Shown: positions 42,069 through 51,803 of the stretch, piece by piece
How positions within the stretch are numbered: the first letter of the stretch is position 1
Layout: each line of letters begins with the position of its first letter
Source of the DNA: an uncultured Desulfosarcina sp.
GTDB taxonomy: Bacteria; Desulfobacterota; Desulfobacteria; Desulfobacterales; Desulfosarcinaceae
Assembly (NCBI GenBank): GCA_963674945.2
Contig: CAXXWQ010000003.1
Span: forward strand, 2,528,001 to 2,592,000
DNA length: 64,000 bases
Direction of reading: 5' to 3'
Translations under genes and position numbers: made by a program
The notes under the pieces: model-generated
Seen by the model: only the letters and a program-made list of their open reading frames with translations
Database searches by the model: none
Told to the model about the DNA's origin: nothing

Positions 42069-44381
42069 ATGATGAAGAGAAGGAAACCTGATTCTTTAAG
42101 GTTTTTTACCGTGTATGTCATTTTTATTCTTTCTTCGGTATCAGTAATCTGCAGTGCAGATAGTAGAGACAATCAGAGTTTGCCCATTATAGAGACTGAC
42201 GTTGGATTTAGAACCACCTCAAGGGATATGTCCGAAATGGACGAGGGGATGCCAAGAAATATATCCCGTTTTCCAGAAGATCATGAAATCTATATCCCCT
42301 TACCACTGCCTATTTCCCAAAATCAATCTTCCTTATTTCTTGATCACAGCAATGCAGGGAACAAAGCGATATCATATGACTTAATTGCCAAGGAGGAGAC
42401 AGAACATAATGCGCTATCCACACCAATGCCCGACCAGGTATGCTCTTTGATTAAAGGATATGAGTTTGGAATAGATCCTAACCATATCTGGAACCAGGAC
42501 GAAAACGATTTCATTGAAAATGATGAAATAGAACCCAAAACATTTTCAAGTCTCTCAAAGGTTGCCAATATAAAAGATTTTCCATGGAGGGCTAATGTAA
42601 AGCTGTATATGACTTTTAATAGTGGCCGAAAAGCCTCTTGTTCTGGTGTTATGATCGATTCGATGCACGTACTGACAGCAGGCCACTGCGTACACGAAAT
42701 CCTTAGAGGAGGAACATGGGCCAGTTCCATTGTTGTTGTACCTGCATACGATACCGGCGACCGCCCGTACGGAGATGCATCGGCAGTTGAATTGCATTCG
42801 TGGACTGGATGGACGCAAAGATCTGAATTTGATCATGATGTCGGAGTCATTGATCTTGACAGACCCGTAGGGGCACTTACTGGATGGTTTGGCTATGGGT
42901 ATCATAATAATCCTGATTTTTATACTGGCAATGTATTTAATAGCGCAGGTTATCCAGGAGAATATCCATATGACGGTAAGTCCATGTATTATTGGTCCGG
43001 TAATTTTGATTCAACTGAGTCAATCTCAGGTCTGTGGTATGGCAATGAGGTTCATTTTAATAATAGATCCTATGGCGGCCAGAGTGGAAGTGGAATGTAT
43101 TCTTTCGATGGCAAGTCCAGTAGAATTGTGTATGCAGTTCTATCCAACGGTGTTGATCAACCAGGTGGCCCCACGGGTTGTCCCCGATTAACCTCTGATA
43201 AGTTCATGGATGTCAGAGATAATATCATTGGAGATGACATACCTTCAAGCGTTGATCTCATTCCCTTGAATGTGGCCGCTTTTCCATCGAGCATTGCTGC
43301 TGGAAGTTCACTGTCGTTGATGACCTATCAAGTCCACAACTACTCCTCAGCCACATGGACTGGCACGGTCGATGTTGATGTTTACCTGTCAACCGATAAT
43401 AATATCTCTACATGTGACACCATTATTCAAAGCCATAGTTTTACTTCGAGTATTGGCCCGAAATCTTCGGTTATTCTCAACGTATCTACAAAGCCAATTA
43501 TTCCCGAATCTACTCCGAGCGGAGAATATTTTTTGGGTGTGATTCTGAACCAACCGGACTGGGATGACACCAATAACGAATCGGATGGGCAGGATTCATT
43601 TCAACTTTCCGTTTTTGACAATACGCCTCCACCTGCTCCAATTATTTCCAGCTCGACCCATCCCGATGAAAATACGTGGTATTATAGCAGCAATCCTTCG
43701 TTTACATGGACAACCCCGCCCGATACATCAGGAATTGCCGGGTATAGTTATTTAATAGACAATTCATCGAATACCACCCCAGACACAATTATGGATACCT
43801 CCGGAAACGCTGCATCGGGTTCTAACCTTGCCGCCGGAGAATGGTATCTGCATGTAAGGGCTCTGGATAATGCCGACAATTGGGGCGTTGCCGACCATTT
43901 CAGAGTTAGAATCAAAGCAAACAGTTCACCAGTTCTCGATCCCGTCGGAGATCAATCTGTCATTGAAGGCAATCTGCTACAATTCACTATTACCGCATCT
44001 GATCCTGATGGTGACAATCTAAGTTTGAATGCAGGCAACATCCCAAACGATGCCGTGTTTACAGATATGGGTGATGGTACCGCCGGTTTTCGCTGGCAGA
44101 CCGGCACAGGTGATGAAGGCACCTATAAAAATATTGTTTTCACTGTAACAGATGATGGTGCCAAACCCTTAAGTGATTCAATAAATATCAACATTACAGT
44201 CGAAAGCACTAGTAGTAGCGGTGACGAGGGTGGAGGTAGTGGATGTTTTATAAACACAACAGACTCGGACATCATGGGAAAACCACAGGTTCATGGAAAA
44301 TTTCATTTACATTCCAATGGTTTATTGGATAACTTGTGGGATGTATACTCTGCAATTTTGGTCTGGGGGTCGGTCGGGTAA
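42069..44381 (+). CDS. Secreted trypsin-like (V8/glutamyl endopeptidase-type) serine protease with Ig-like repeats and a GCFI C-terminal motif
   Basis: LTAGHC, DHDVGVI and GGQSGSG triad; CARDB-, Fn3- and cadherin-like segments; GGGSGCFI near the C-terminus. Confidence 0.85.
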   Translation: MMKRRKPDSLRFFTVYVIFILSSVSVICSADSRDNQSLPIIETDVGFRTTSRDMSEMDEGMPRNISRFPEDHEIYIPLPLPISQNQSSLFLDHSNAGNKAISYDLIAKEETEHNALSTPMPDQVCSLIKGYEFGIDPNHIWNQDENDFIENDEIEPKTFSSLSKVANIKDFPWRANVKLYMTFNSGRKASCSGVMIDSMHVLTAGHCVHEILRGGTWASSIVVVPAYDTGDRPYGDASAVELHSWTGWTQRSEFDHDVGVIDLDRPVGALTGWFGYGYHNNPDFYTGNVFNSAGYPGEYPYDGKSMYYWSGNFDSTESISGLWYGNEVHFNNRSYGGQSGSGMYSFDGKSSRIVYAVLSNGVDQPGGPTGCPRLTSDKFMDVRDNIIGDDIPSSVDLIPLNVAAFPSSIAAGSSLSLMTYQVHNYSSATWTGTVDVDVYLSTDNNISTCDTIIQSHSFTSSIGPKSSVILNVSTKPIIPESTPSGEYFLGVILNQPDWDDTNNESDGQDSFQLSVFDNTPPPAPIISSSTHPDENTWYYSSNPSFTWTTPPDTSGIAGYSYLIDNSSNTTPDTIMDTSGNAASGSNLAAGEWYLHVRALDNADNWGVADHFRVRIKANSSPVLDPVGDQSVIEGNLLQFTITASDPDGDNLSLNAGNIPNDAVFTDMGDGTAGFRWQTGTGDEGTYKNIVFTVTDDGAKPLSDSININITVESTSSSGDEGGGSGCFINTTDSDIMGKPQVHGKFHLHSNGLLDNLWDVYSAILVWGSVG

Positions 44382-44425
44382 AAAGCTGAAAAACCCGGGG
44401 ATGAAATTAAGCGATTCCATAAAGG

Positions 44426-44665
44426 GTGGTCACAAAACCAGTTCATCCTGGGGAAATTTTACATAAGGAATTTCTTGAACCAATGGGTTCGAGCCAGAAT
44501 AAACTGGCTTTAGCCCTCCATGTTCCTGCACGGAGGATTAACCAAATCGTATTGGGCAAACGACGGGTTACCGCTGACACAGCACTACGTCTTGCGCGAT
44601 ATTTTGGCACGTCCGCACAGTTTTGGCTTGGTCTTCAAATGGACTATGAGATAGATGTTGCGGAG
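44426..44665 (+). pseudogene. higA: HigA-family antitoxin, 3'-truncated, with no adjacent toxin gene
   Basis: PVHPGEIL...ADTALRLARYFGTSAQFWLGLQ; homology ends near DVAE and the ORF runs on into unrelated sequence. Confidence 0.75.
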
Positions 44666-44860
44666 GTTGTTTCGTTTAACAATGCCATAAACCGTTACCA
44701 CTCAAAATCCTGTACCCTGCCCTATCTTCTTTGTTGTAAAAAACGGATCAAAGATGTGCGACATGGTCTTTTTATCCATTCCGCAGCCATTGTCAGTTAT
44801 GGTAAGCTGGACATATTCCCCTTGTGTCATATCGACATTTTTACGGCTATCCTTGTCAAG
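44666..44860 (-). pseudogene. Histidine kinase HATPase fragment with a nonsense codon
   Basis: [13 protein letters not shown]...[30 protein letters not shown] stands where the G2-box Gly is expected. Confidence 0.75.
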
Positions 44861-45029
44861 GATGAAAACCATATTTTCGTGTTGAAGGAATTTCAAATAT
44901 TGGGGCCGCAAAGGATCGAATAGTTATTGACGGGATTTGCGTTTATTGGTTAGGAAAGATCATGTTGATTCGTGATACAATTGTTACATTTTTACCCAAA
45001 TTGAACGTTTCACGCAAAAAGGAAAAACA

Positions 45030-45467
45030 ATGAAAGCTGAAATATGGGCTTTTCTTACCGCAATTTGCTGGGGAACCGGATCGCTGCTTGAGAAAAAGGG
45101 AGTCAAACTTGGAGCGCTTGCCCCGGTCATGGGCACCGCGATCAGAACAACGTTTTCTCTCCTGTTTTTGTTGGCCGTTTCTTTTCCTTTCTGGGGGCAG
45201 GTGAAAATGGCCGGTATCAGGTCAGTTTCACTGATCGCTTTCGGCGGCGGCATACTTGCCGGTGGGCTGGGAATCGTTTTTCTGTACACTGGACTAAAAG
45301 CGGGCAATCTCTCAACGGTGATGACCATCGCATTTTGTCTGGCCCCGGTTATCGGCACAATCCTCGGATACTTGGTCCTTCATGAAAGGTTGACGCCTGT
45401 GCAGATTGTGGGAATCGCTCTCTGCGTGACAGGGGCCGCCCTGGTTACATATTTTAAACAGACATGA
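45030..45467 (+). CDS. EamA/DMT family transporter (single domain)
   Basis: 145 aa with about 5 TM helices; LVLHERLTPVQIVGI motif. Confidence 0.82.
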   Translation: MKAEIWAFLTAICWGTGSLLEKKGVKLGALAPVMGTAIRTTFSLLFLLAVSFPFWGQVKMAGIRSVSLIAFGGGILAGGLGIVFLYTGLKAGNLSTVMTIAFCLAPVIGTILGYLVLHERLTPVQIVGIALCVTGAALVTYFKQT

Positions 45468-45493
45468 AATTGGACGTTACCCAGAAACAACTT

Positions 45494-47182
45494 TCATTTT
45501 TTCAATACCACACGCATGGTCCGGGCCAAATCTCTCATCACGAACGGTTTCATCAAGAGCGCTTTGCTTCCGATCTGTCTGGCTTTTTTTTCGGTAATGG
45601 TATTGCTGAATCCGGTGCAGAGGACAACGGGCAATTCCGGACGGATCGCTAACAGCTTCTGGGTTAGTTTGTCTCCGGACAGTCCCGGCATAGTGATATC
45701 AGTGATTACCAGGTCAAAATCCTGCGGCCGCTCCTCGAAGGTCTGTAATGCAGACAAACCTTCCCGGCAAACGGTTACATTGTATCCCAGTTCCTTGAGA
45801 AACTCTGTGACGATTTCAACAAGGGCCGGTTCATCATCCACAAGAAGAACATTCTCAGAACCTCTTTCCGGCAAGTCAACACAGGAGCCATCCAGGGCAT
45901 CTTCAGATTCAATAACCGGAAAAAACACCTGAAACGTCGTTCCTTGGGATGGATTGCTTTGAACGGTAATCAAACCACCAATCTGTTTGATGATGCCGTG
46001 AACCACGGAAAGCCCCAAGCCGGTTCCCTCGCCCATTTGTTTCGTTGAAAAATAGGGTTCGAAAATACGCGGTAGTAACTCTTGTGGTATTCCCACCCCG
46101 TCATCGCGCACTTCCAGTTTCAGGTATGAACCCGGTGTAACGTCGCAGTGAGAAACGCAAAAATCGTCATCGAGTTCCACATCGGTCATATTGATTGCAA
46201 TGGCACCACCCTCATCTGTCGCATGCACGGCATTGGTGCAGAGGTTCATCAGTACTTGAAGTATTTGGGTGGGGCTGGCCATCACCAGGGCGTCACTCTC
46301 CAGATTGGTGTAAATATTGATTTGCTTTGGCAGAGACGGCTGCATCAACGTAAGCGCTTCTTCTACAATGGCTTTGATTTGGATGGGTTTACCGGTGATA
46401 TCTTTTTGTCGACTGAAGGTCAAAATCTGATTGACCAACTCTTTCGCGCGATCGCATGCCTTGAGTACCTCTTGAAGGTGCTTCTCGCTGGCTCCGCCAT
46501 TTCGGCTGTGAATCAGTGCGATTTCCGTATAACCCGTGATTGCCATCAAAAAATTATTGAAGTCATGGGCAATTCCGCTGGCCAGATTGCCGATGGCCTC
46601 CATTTTCTGGGATTGAAGGAGCTGTTTTTCAAGGCTGGACAATTTGTTCTCTGTGGCTCTATGCTCCTTGATCTCATTTTCAAGGGCCTTGTTGGTGTTC
46701 TCCAATTGGAGCAGTTTTTCTTCCAGTTTATGGATAAGTGTTTCGTTATATCTCCTAAGATAGACATCTTCCGACGGGACAGCCATATCGGCGGGGGATG
46801 ATGTTTCAGATTGAGAATGGTCCAACAATTCTCGAACGGCATCTGTTAAAACGTCCGGCGGTACCGGTTTGACGATGAAGCGTTCGGCGCCCAGACTCAA
46901 GCCGAACGCTTCATCGTCCGCATCCGTGTATGTGGCGGTGTAAAAAATGAAGGGAATCGATTTGAGGCGGTTATTCAGCTTCCATTGACGACATAATGCA
47001 TAGCCGTCCATGACAGGCATGAGGATGTCTGCAATGATCAGGTCCGGTGGCTCATTTAAGGCCGCCTCCAGCGCTTCGGCGCCGTTGGTGGCAGTCTCCA
47101 CCTGGTATCCATTGCCGGTGAGAAGCACTTTTGCCATATAGCGGTTCTGGTCGTTATCATCCACAACAAGAATTTTGGTCAT
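45494..47182 (-). CDS. Hybrid histidine kinase (REC-HisKA-HATPase-REC)
   Basis: ILVVDD...DILMP, AHDFNN, GTGLGLS and a C-terminal DITMP...KPF receiver. Confidence 0.92.
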   Translation of the reverse strand: MTKILVVDDNDQNRYMAKVLLTGNGYQVETATNGAEALEAALNEPPDLIIADILMPVMDGYALCRQWKLNNRLKSIPFIFYTATYTDADDEAFGLSLGAERFIVKPVPPDVLTDAVRELLDHSQSETSSPADMAVPSEDVYLRRYNETLIHKLEEKLLQLENTNKALENEIKEHRATENKLSSLEKQLLQSQKMEAIGNLASGIAHDFNNFLMAITGYTEIALIHSRNGGASEKHLQEVLKACDRAKELVNQILTFSRQKDITGKPIQIKAIVEEALTLMQPSLPKQINIYTNLESDALVMASPTQILQVLMNLCTNAVHATDEGGAIAINMTDVELDDDFCVSHCDVTPGSYLKLEVRDDGVGIPQELLPRIFEPYFSTKQMGEGTGLGLSVVHGIIKQIGGLITVQSNPSQGTTFQVFFPVIESEDALDGSCVDLPERGSENVLLVDDEPALVEIVTEFLKELGYNVTVCREGLSALQTFEERPQDFDLVITDITMPGLSGDKLTQKLLAIRPELPVVLCTGFSNTITEKKARQIGSKALLMKPFVMRDLARTMRVVLKK

Positions 47183-47217
47183 GCGCTACCCCCTGATTTT
47201 AATTGCATTGCCGACCT

Positions 47218-47589
47218 TCACTCACATTTTGCATATTGACAGATCTCATCTATGAAGGTCGCAGGATTGATCGGTTTTTCGATATACCCGGTGCAACCGG
47301 CAATCAATGCTTTCTCACGATCTCCCACCATGGCGTAGGAGGTTACGGCGATGATGGGAATGCTCTTGACTTCGTCGATTGTTCGTAACTTGCGTGCCAC
47401 CTCATAGCCGTTCATTACGGGCAACTGAATATCCAGCAAAATAAGCTCGGGAAGCTGTCGGCAGGCCATGTCGATGCCGTCTGGACCATTGCGCGCTTCG
47501 AGCACGGCAAAACCGGCCTTCTTTAATATAAAAGTGATCAGGTAAAGATTCTGATCGTTATCTTCTATGACAAGAACTGTTGTTTTCAT
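47218..47589 (-). CDS. Single-domain response regulator (DivK-like)
   Basis: VLVIED, LLDIQLP, VTSYAM and EKP motifs. Confidence 0.92.
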   Translation of the reverse strand: MKTTVLVIEDNDQNLYLITFILKKAGFAVLEARNGPDGIDMACRQLPELILLDIQLPVMNGYEVARKLRTIDEVKSIPIIAVTSYAMVGDREKALIAGCTGYIEKPINPATFIDEICQYAKCE

Positions 47590-50036
47590 CCCTGATGTTC
47601 TCCTGTCGGTAAGGAAAATGAAAACGTGGCACCTTTGCCAAGGCCCTCGCTATGCGCCTGAATTTTTCCCCCCAGCAATTCCACCAGTCGTTTACAGATG
47701 GAAAGGCCCAGGCCGGTGCCCTCATATCGGCGGGAAAGTCCGGTCTCAATTTGATGAAATGCGCTGAACAGTTTGGGCATGTCTGCCGGTGCGATACCGA
47801 TACCGGTATCCGCTACCGTGGCGGTTACCCACTTTGAATCGGCCTCACATGTCAATTGCACTCGTCCTCGATCGGTGAACTTGACGGCATTGTTCATCAG
47901 ATTGAGCAGAATCTGTTCGACGCGCCGTCGATCACTGGTAAGGATGATGGCGTCGGAGGGCATCTTTACGGATATTTCCACTTTCTTTTGCTGCGCCATG
48001 GGAGAAATCGTCTGCTCCACCTTATTGACACAAGCCTGCATCGCAAAGGATTCCGAAGCAACCGCCAATTGTCCTGCTTCAATTTTGGAAATATCCAACA
48101 CGTCATTAATCAGACCCAACAAGTGATGGGCGCTGTTTTGCACCATGGTCAGCTGTTTGGACTGTTCGTGATTTAACGGTCCCACCAATTCTTGAAGGAT
48201 AATCCCGGTAAACCCGATGATGGAGTTCAAGGGGGTGCGCAATTCGTGTGACATGGAGGCCAGGAATGCGGATTTGAGCCTGTCAGACTCCTCTGCTCTC
48301 TCTTTCGCCACTGCCAGTTCGGCGGTACGACGGGCAACTTTGCGTTCCAGCAAGTCATGGGCATGTTGCAAAGCGTCCTGGGCCCGTTTGCGCTCGGTAA
48401 TATCCCGGATAATGACCATGTCGGCCGGTTTCCCCTGATAAGTGATTCGGCCGGCATTCACTTCGGCGTAAATCTTTCTCCCATCCTTTCGGACGAAAAT
48501 GGTCTCGTAGATTCTGTCCGGCACATCTTCGGCCATGCGTTGTTCATATAATCGTGCGACCTTTTCTTTCTCCTCCGGATGAAGATAGACGGTAAAGGGT
48601 TGATCGATTACTTCAGTGGCGGCCTGACCGGACATTGCAAGCAAGCTGGGATTGGCAAACCGGATCAACCCATTCTGGATGATGATGATGCCGTCATTGG
48701 CTCGTTCCACTAAATTCCGGTATTGGTTTTCACTGGCACGCAGTGCCTTCTCCGCCTCCAATCGCTCATCGATCTCCTTTTGGATCCGCATCACCTGCCG
48801 GGCATTGGCCATCGCCAGGCCAACTGTTTTGCCGATGGACAACAAGGTCTTTTTTTCAGATGCGGAAATCGCGTATTGGCCTTTGTAGATCATGTTCATG
48901 GCGCCCAAGACCTGGTCCCGGGCAAGCAGGGGGATCGACAGAACACTTTTCAGACTTTGCTCCGAAAGTGCCTTTCGCACCTCCGGCACCAACCGCATAT
49001 CCGTGCCCAAATCCACGGTGGACACCACCTGCTTTTCTCGTACGGCGATGCCGGTCAAAGATCCCTCCAGCGGCAATACCGCTGACACATCCAGTGTCTG
49101 CCGATCGAATCCTTGGGCGTGAATCAGTTCCAACTGTTGTAATGACGCATTGAGACTGAAAACCGCCACTGCCGGAGATTGGCTGTACTCCATCATCGCC
49201 TGGACCGCGTGGCGAGCAACGGTTTGCGTGTCAAGGGAGCGATAGACTGCATCGGCGATCGTGTTAACGGCCGTTAACTGCCCCTGTTTGATTTTGAAAT
49301 TGCCCAGCATGCGATTGAAAGAATCGGCCAACCGACCGATTTCATCTTTGCTTTCATACGTCAGGGATAGGTCACGTTCCCCGTTGTCGGCCAGTTTCTT
49401 TGCCTGATCGGCCAGGACACGGATGGGCGCGCTGATCAGCCTGGCCGTGATCAAAGCCATGGCGGAACCAATACACACCACCAGCAGTGCGACGATGACG
49501 ACACGTCGTTTATACAGCACCATCTGCCCCCTTTCCTGATCAAGGGAGAATCCGATATACAGAAAACCGAAACTCTTGTCTTCGATGGTAAGGGGAGCAG
49601 ACGCCGCATAACAATTCTCTGTTATGGCATGAATCTGCCTGGATCGCCCTTTCGCAGCGGACGGTTCGACCGACATGGGCGCAGGCAAACTGTCCGTGGA
49701 TTTACCATCCATACGGTGGTCGTTGTGGGCCAGTATTCGACGTTTTCCGCTGTCTACCACCATTGCATAGTTTACGTTGTGCATACGGCCCAGCGCGTCG
49801 ACAAAATGATCCAGAAATTGTTTATTGTTGACGTCAAGGGCGTTGGACAATGACAAGCCAATCGAACCGGTCAGTGCATCGGCCGTTCCTACGGCCTCTG
49901 TGATGATGGCCCTTTCAACCGCCGCCATCACCGGAAAGACAATGACGGCTGCGGCAATCACCGCCGGAAGCACCGTCAGTAAGGTGAGTTTGAACCAAAT
50001 GCTTCGATCTTTAAAGACAAGCCTGACTAGTTGCAT
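47586..50036 (-). CDS. Membrane sensor histidine kinase (periplasmic-HAMP-GAF-PAS-HisKA-HATPase)
   Basis: Two TM helices, DEIGRLADSFN (HAMP), MSHELRTPL, NAVKFT and GTGLGL. Confidence 0.92.
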   Translation of the reverse strand: MQLVRLVFKDRSIWFKLTLLTVLPAVIAAAVIVFPVMAAVERAIITEAVGTADALTGSIGLSLSNALDVNNKQFLDHFVDALGRMHNVNYAMVVDSGKRRILAHNDHRMDGKSTDSLPAPMSVEPSAAKGRSRQIHAITENCYAASAPLTIEDKSFGFLYIGFSLDQERGQMVLYKRRVVIVALLVVCIGSAMALITARLISAPIRVLADQAKKLADNGERDLSLTYESKDEIGRLADSFNRMLGNFKIKQGQLTAVNTIADAVYRSLDTQTVARHAVQAMMEYSQSPAVAVFSLNASLQQLELIHAQGFDRQTLDVSAVLPLEGSLTGIAVREKQVVSTVDLGTDMRLVPEVRKALSEQSLKSVLSIPLLARDQVLGAMNMIYKGQYAISASEKKTLLSIGKTVGLAMANARQVMRIQKEIDERLEAEKALRASENQYRNLVERANDGIIIIQNGLIRFANPSLLAMSGQAATEVIDQPFTVYLHPEEKEKVARLYEQRMAEDVPDRIYETIFVRKDGRKIYAEVNAGRITYQGKPADMVIIRDITERKRAQDALQHAHDLLERKVARRTAELAVAKERAEESDRLKSAFLASMSHELRTPLNSIIGFTGIILQELVGPLNHEQSKQLTMVQNSAHHLLGLINDVLDISKIEAGQLAVASESFAMQACVNKVEQTISPMAQQKKVEISVKMPSDAIILTSDRRRVEQILLNLMNNAVKFTDRGRVQLTCEADSKWVTATVADTGIGIAPADMPKLFSAFHQIETGLSRRYEGTGLGLSICKRLVELLGGKIQAHSEGLGKGATFSFSLPTGEHQG

Positions 50037-50220
50037 CCGTATTTCCCATCAAGATAAACATTGCACATTGCGAACATTGTGGATTGCCAGGACGTGTAAT
50101 TGTATCACCCGTTTCCTCGGGCCGTACCATCCATGTTTTTCTGCAATCCCGTTAGTGTTAGGAAATTGTGCTCCAGGCAATGCTGAATGTGACGTTAGGG
50201 GCAGACCAAGTTGTTCAAAT

Positions 50221-50249
50221 AGAATATCGACCTGGCGCCTCCTTGTCAA
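50221..50249 (-). promoter_or_regulatory. Putative sigma70 promoter for the kinase operon
   Basis: TTGACA-N17-TATTCT on the minus strand. Confidence 0.55.
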
Positions 50250-50483
50250 TTTGATATTGAGGATGGTGCATAGAGGATTAAAATACCAGTAATAAGAACT
50301 TCTTGAGTATTTCTTACCTTATGGATCGAAAAGTACTTTCCGATCGACGTCCAGTGCCGGACCGACTTTTTTTCAGCGGTTACATAATTTTTCTCGTTGC
50401 CCTGTAGACTCGAACGGATCCATGAAAACATGCAAGAATTTGATACGACCGGTTCGCATCATTTGCTGGATTGCGGTTTTGAA

Positions 50484-51359
50484 TCATTTCTCCAACGCCT
50501 GTTTTACGGCGAGTCCAATTTTCTCCATGGTAAAAGGCTTCTTAACAAATTTTCCCGCACCTAACATTTCGGCCTTTTCACCTCCTCTGTTTCGGCGTAT
50601 CCACTGACGATAACGGCCTTTTGATTCGGATGAATCGATCACCAGTTTCAAGGCCTGAAACTTGGACATTTCCCGAGCGGATCGATATGTGGTCAGAAAA
50701 TTGGTGAGATTGAACAAGGGCTTTAACTCGATGGTGGCCTGAATACGACCATGTCTGATTTCCGTTCGTACCGAACCGATGTTGTCGTATCCCGTAACGA
50801 TGATTTTCTTTTTCGGTCCGATCCGGTTAATTGCCTGGATAGCGCCTAACGCCATGGAATCATTTGCGCAGATGATGGCATCGACATCGGGGTTTTTGGA
50901 CAGCAACCTGGCTGTAAGGGAAAAGGATTCGTCCGTGTGCCAGTTGGCACTTTCCGATGCACCAATTTCAATGGAACTTCCCGCCGTGAGAGCTCTGATG
51001 AACCCTTTTTTTCGCGAATCTGAATTCTCCACGCCCCATATGCCTTCTATCACGAGGACGCGACCCGAACCATTGCGTCTTGCCTTGACATAATTCCCAA
51101 TCAGTTGCGATCCGGCAAAATTGTCGGAACCGATAAAAGGAATGGAGATACCGACCATGTTCATGGTCGGTGTGTGCAACGGATTGTCTATATTGATGAC
51201 GACGATGTTTCGATCCAGTGCCTTTTTGCATAGGGGGACAAGTTTTTTTGCCATCTCATATTCGATGCCCTCTCTGGCATGAAAAACAATAGGCTGATGG
51301 AATGACTGGCGTATTCTGGGAGTACGCTTGCCTGCTGGAAGGATTCGCACCATCAGCAT
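50484..51359 (-). pseudogene. Chimeric remnant: RbsB-like sugar-binding domain fused to a frameshifted receiver C-terminus
   Basis: IGSDNFAG, CANDSMALGAI and VTGYD; no signal peptide. Tail GAGKFVKKPF, with IHPNQKAVIVSGY in another frame. Confidence 0.68.
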
Positions 51360-51803
51360 GAAGAATTAGCACAAAGAAATCAATGGGAATGGTCCGTTTT
51401 TTCTTGGCAATTTCGTTCAGAAACGATAAAATGTCCAAAATACAAAGCGGCATGGCTATTTTCCGTTTTATTTAAAAGATAAATTTGTACCAAGTCAAAT
51501 AGCACATGCCTCCCCCCTTTTATCTCTCAAAACGGGGGAAGGATACAAGACATAGCAAGGTTCCCGCGGCTGCTGTCGGCTGAACAGTTTCGTTTGGATT
51601 GGTTATCTGTGGTGATTAAGTACGTCTTGATTGAAAAGCGCGTTGGCGGTCTGTCATTTCTTCGCATCTCAATAGCGGATGCCTGTATTCTTTCCTTATC
51701 GCAGAAGCAATCTACCTTTTTCTTTTCTCATGCCGGACAAAGAGACACTTTACAACGTCGCTATATGTCAAATGATACGACACAATGAAAAACCGGGTAA
51801 ACT

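Noticed and set aside
44702..44704. In-frame TGA as selenocysteine
   Set aside because: It aligns with a conserved Gly in a kinase fragment, so it is a nonsense mutation.
50037..50215. c-di-GMP riboswitch in the kinase leader
   Set aside because: The GEMM consensus elements were not found by eye.
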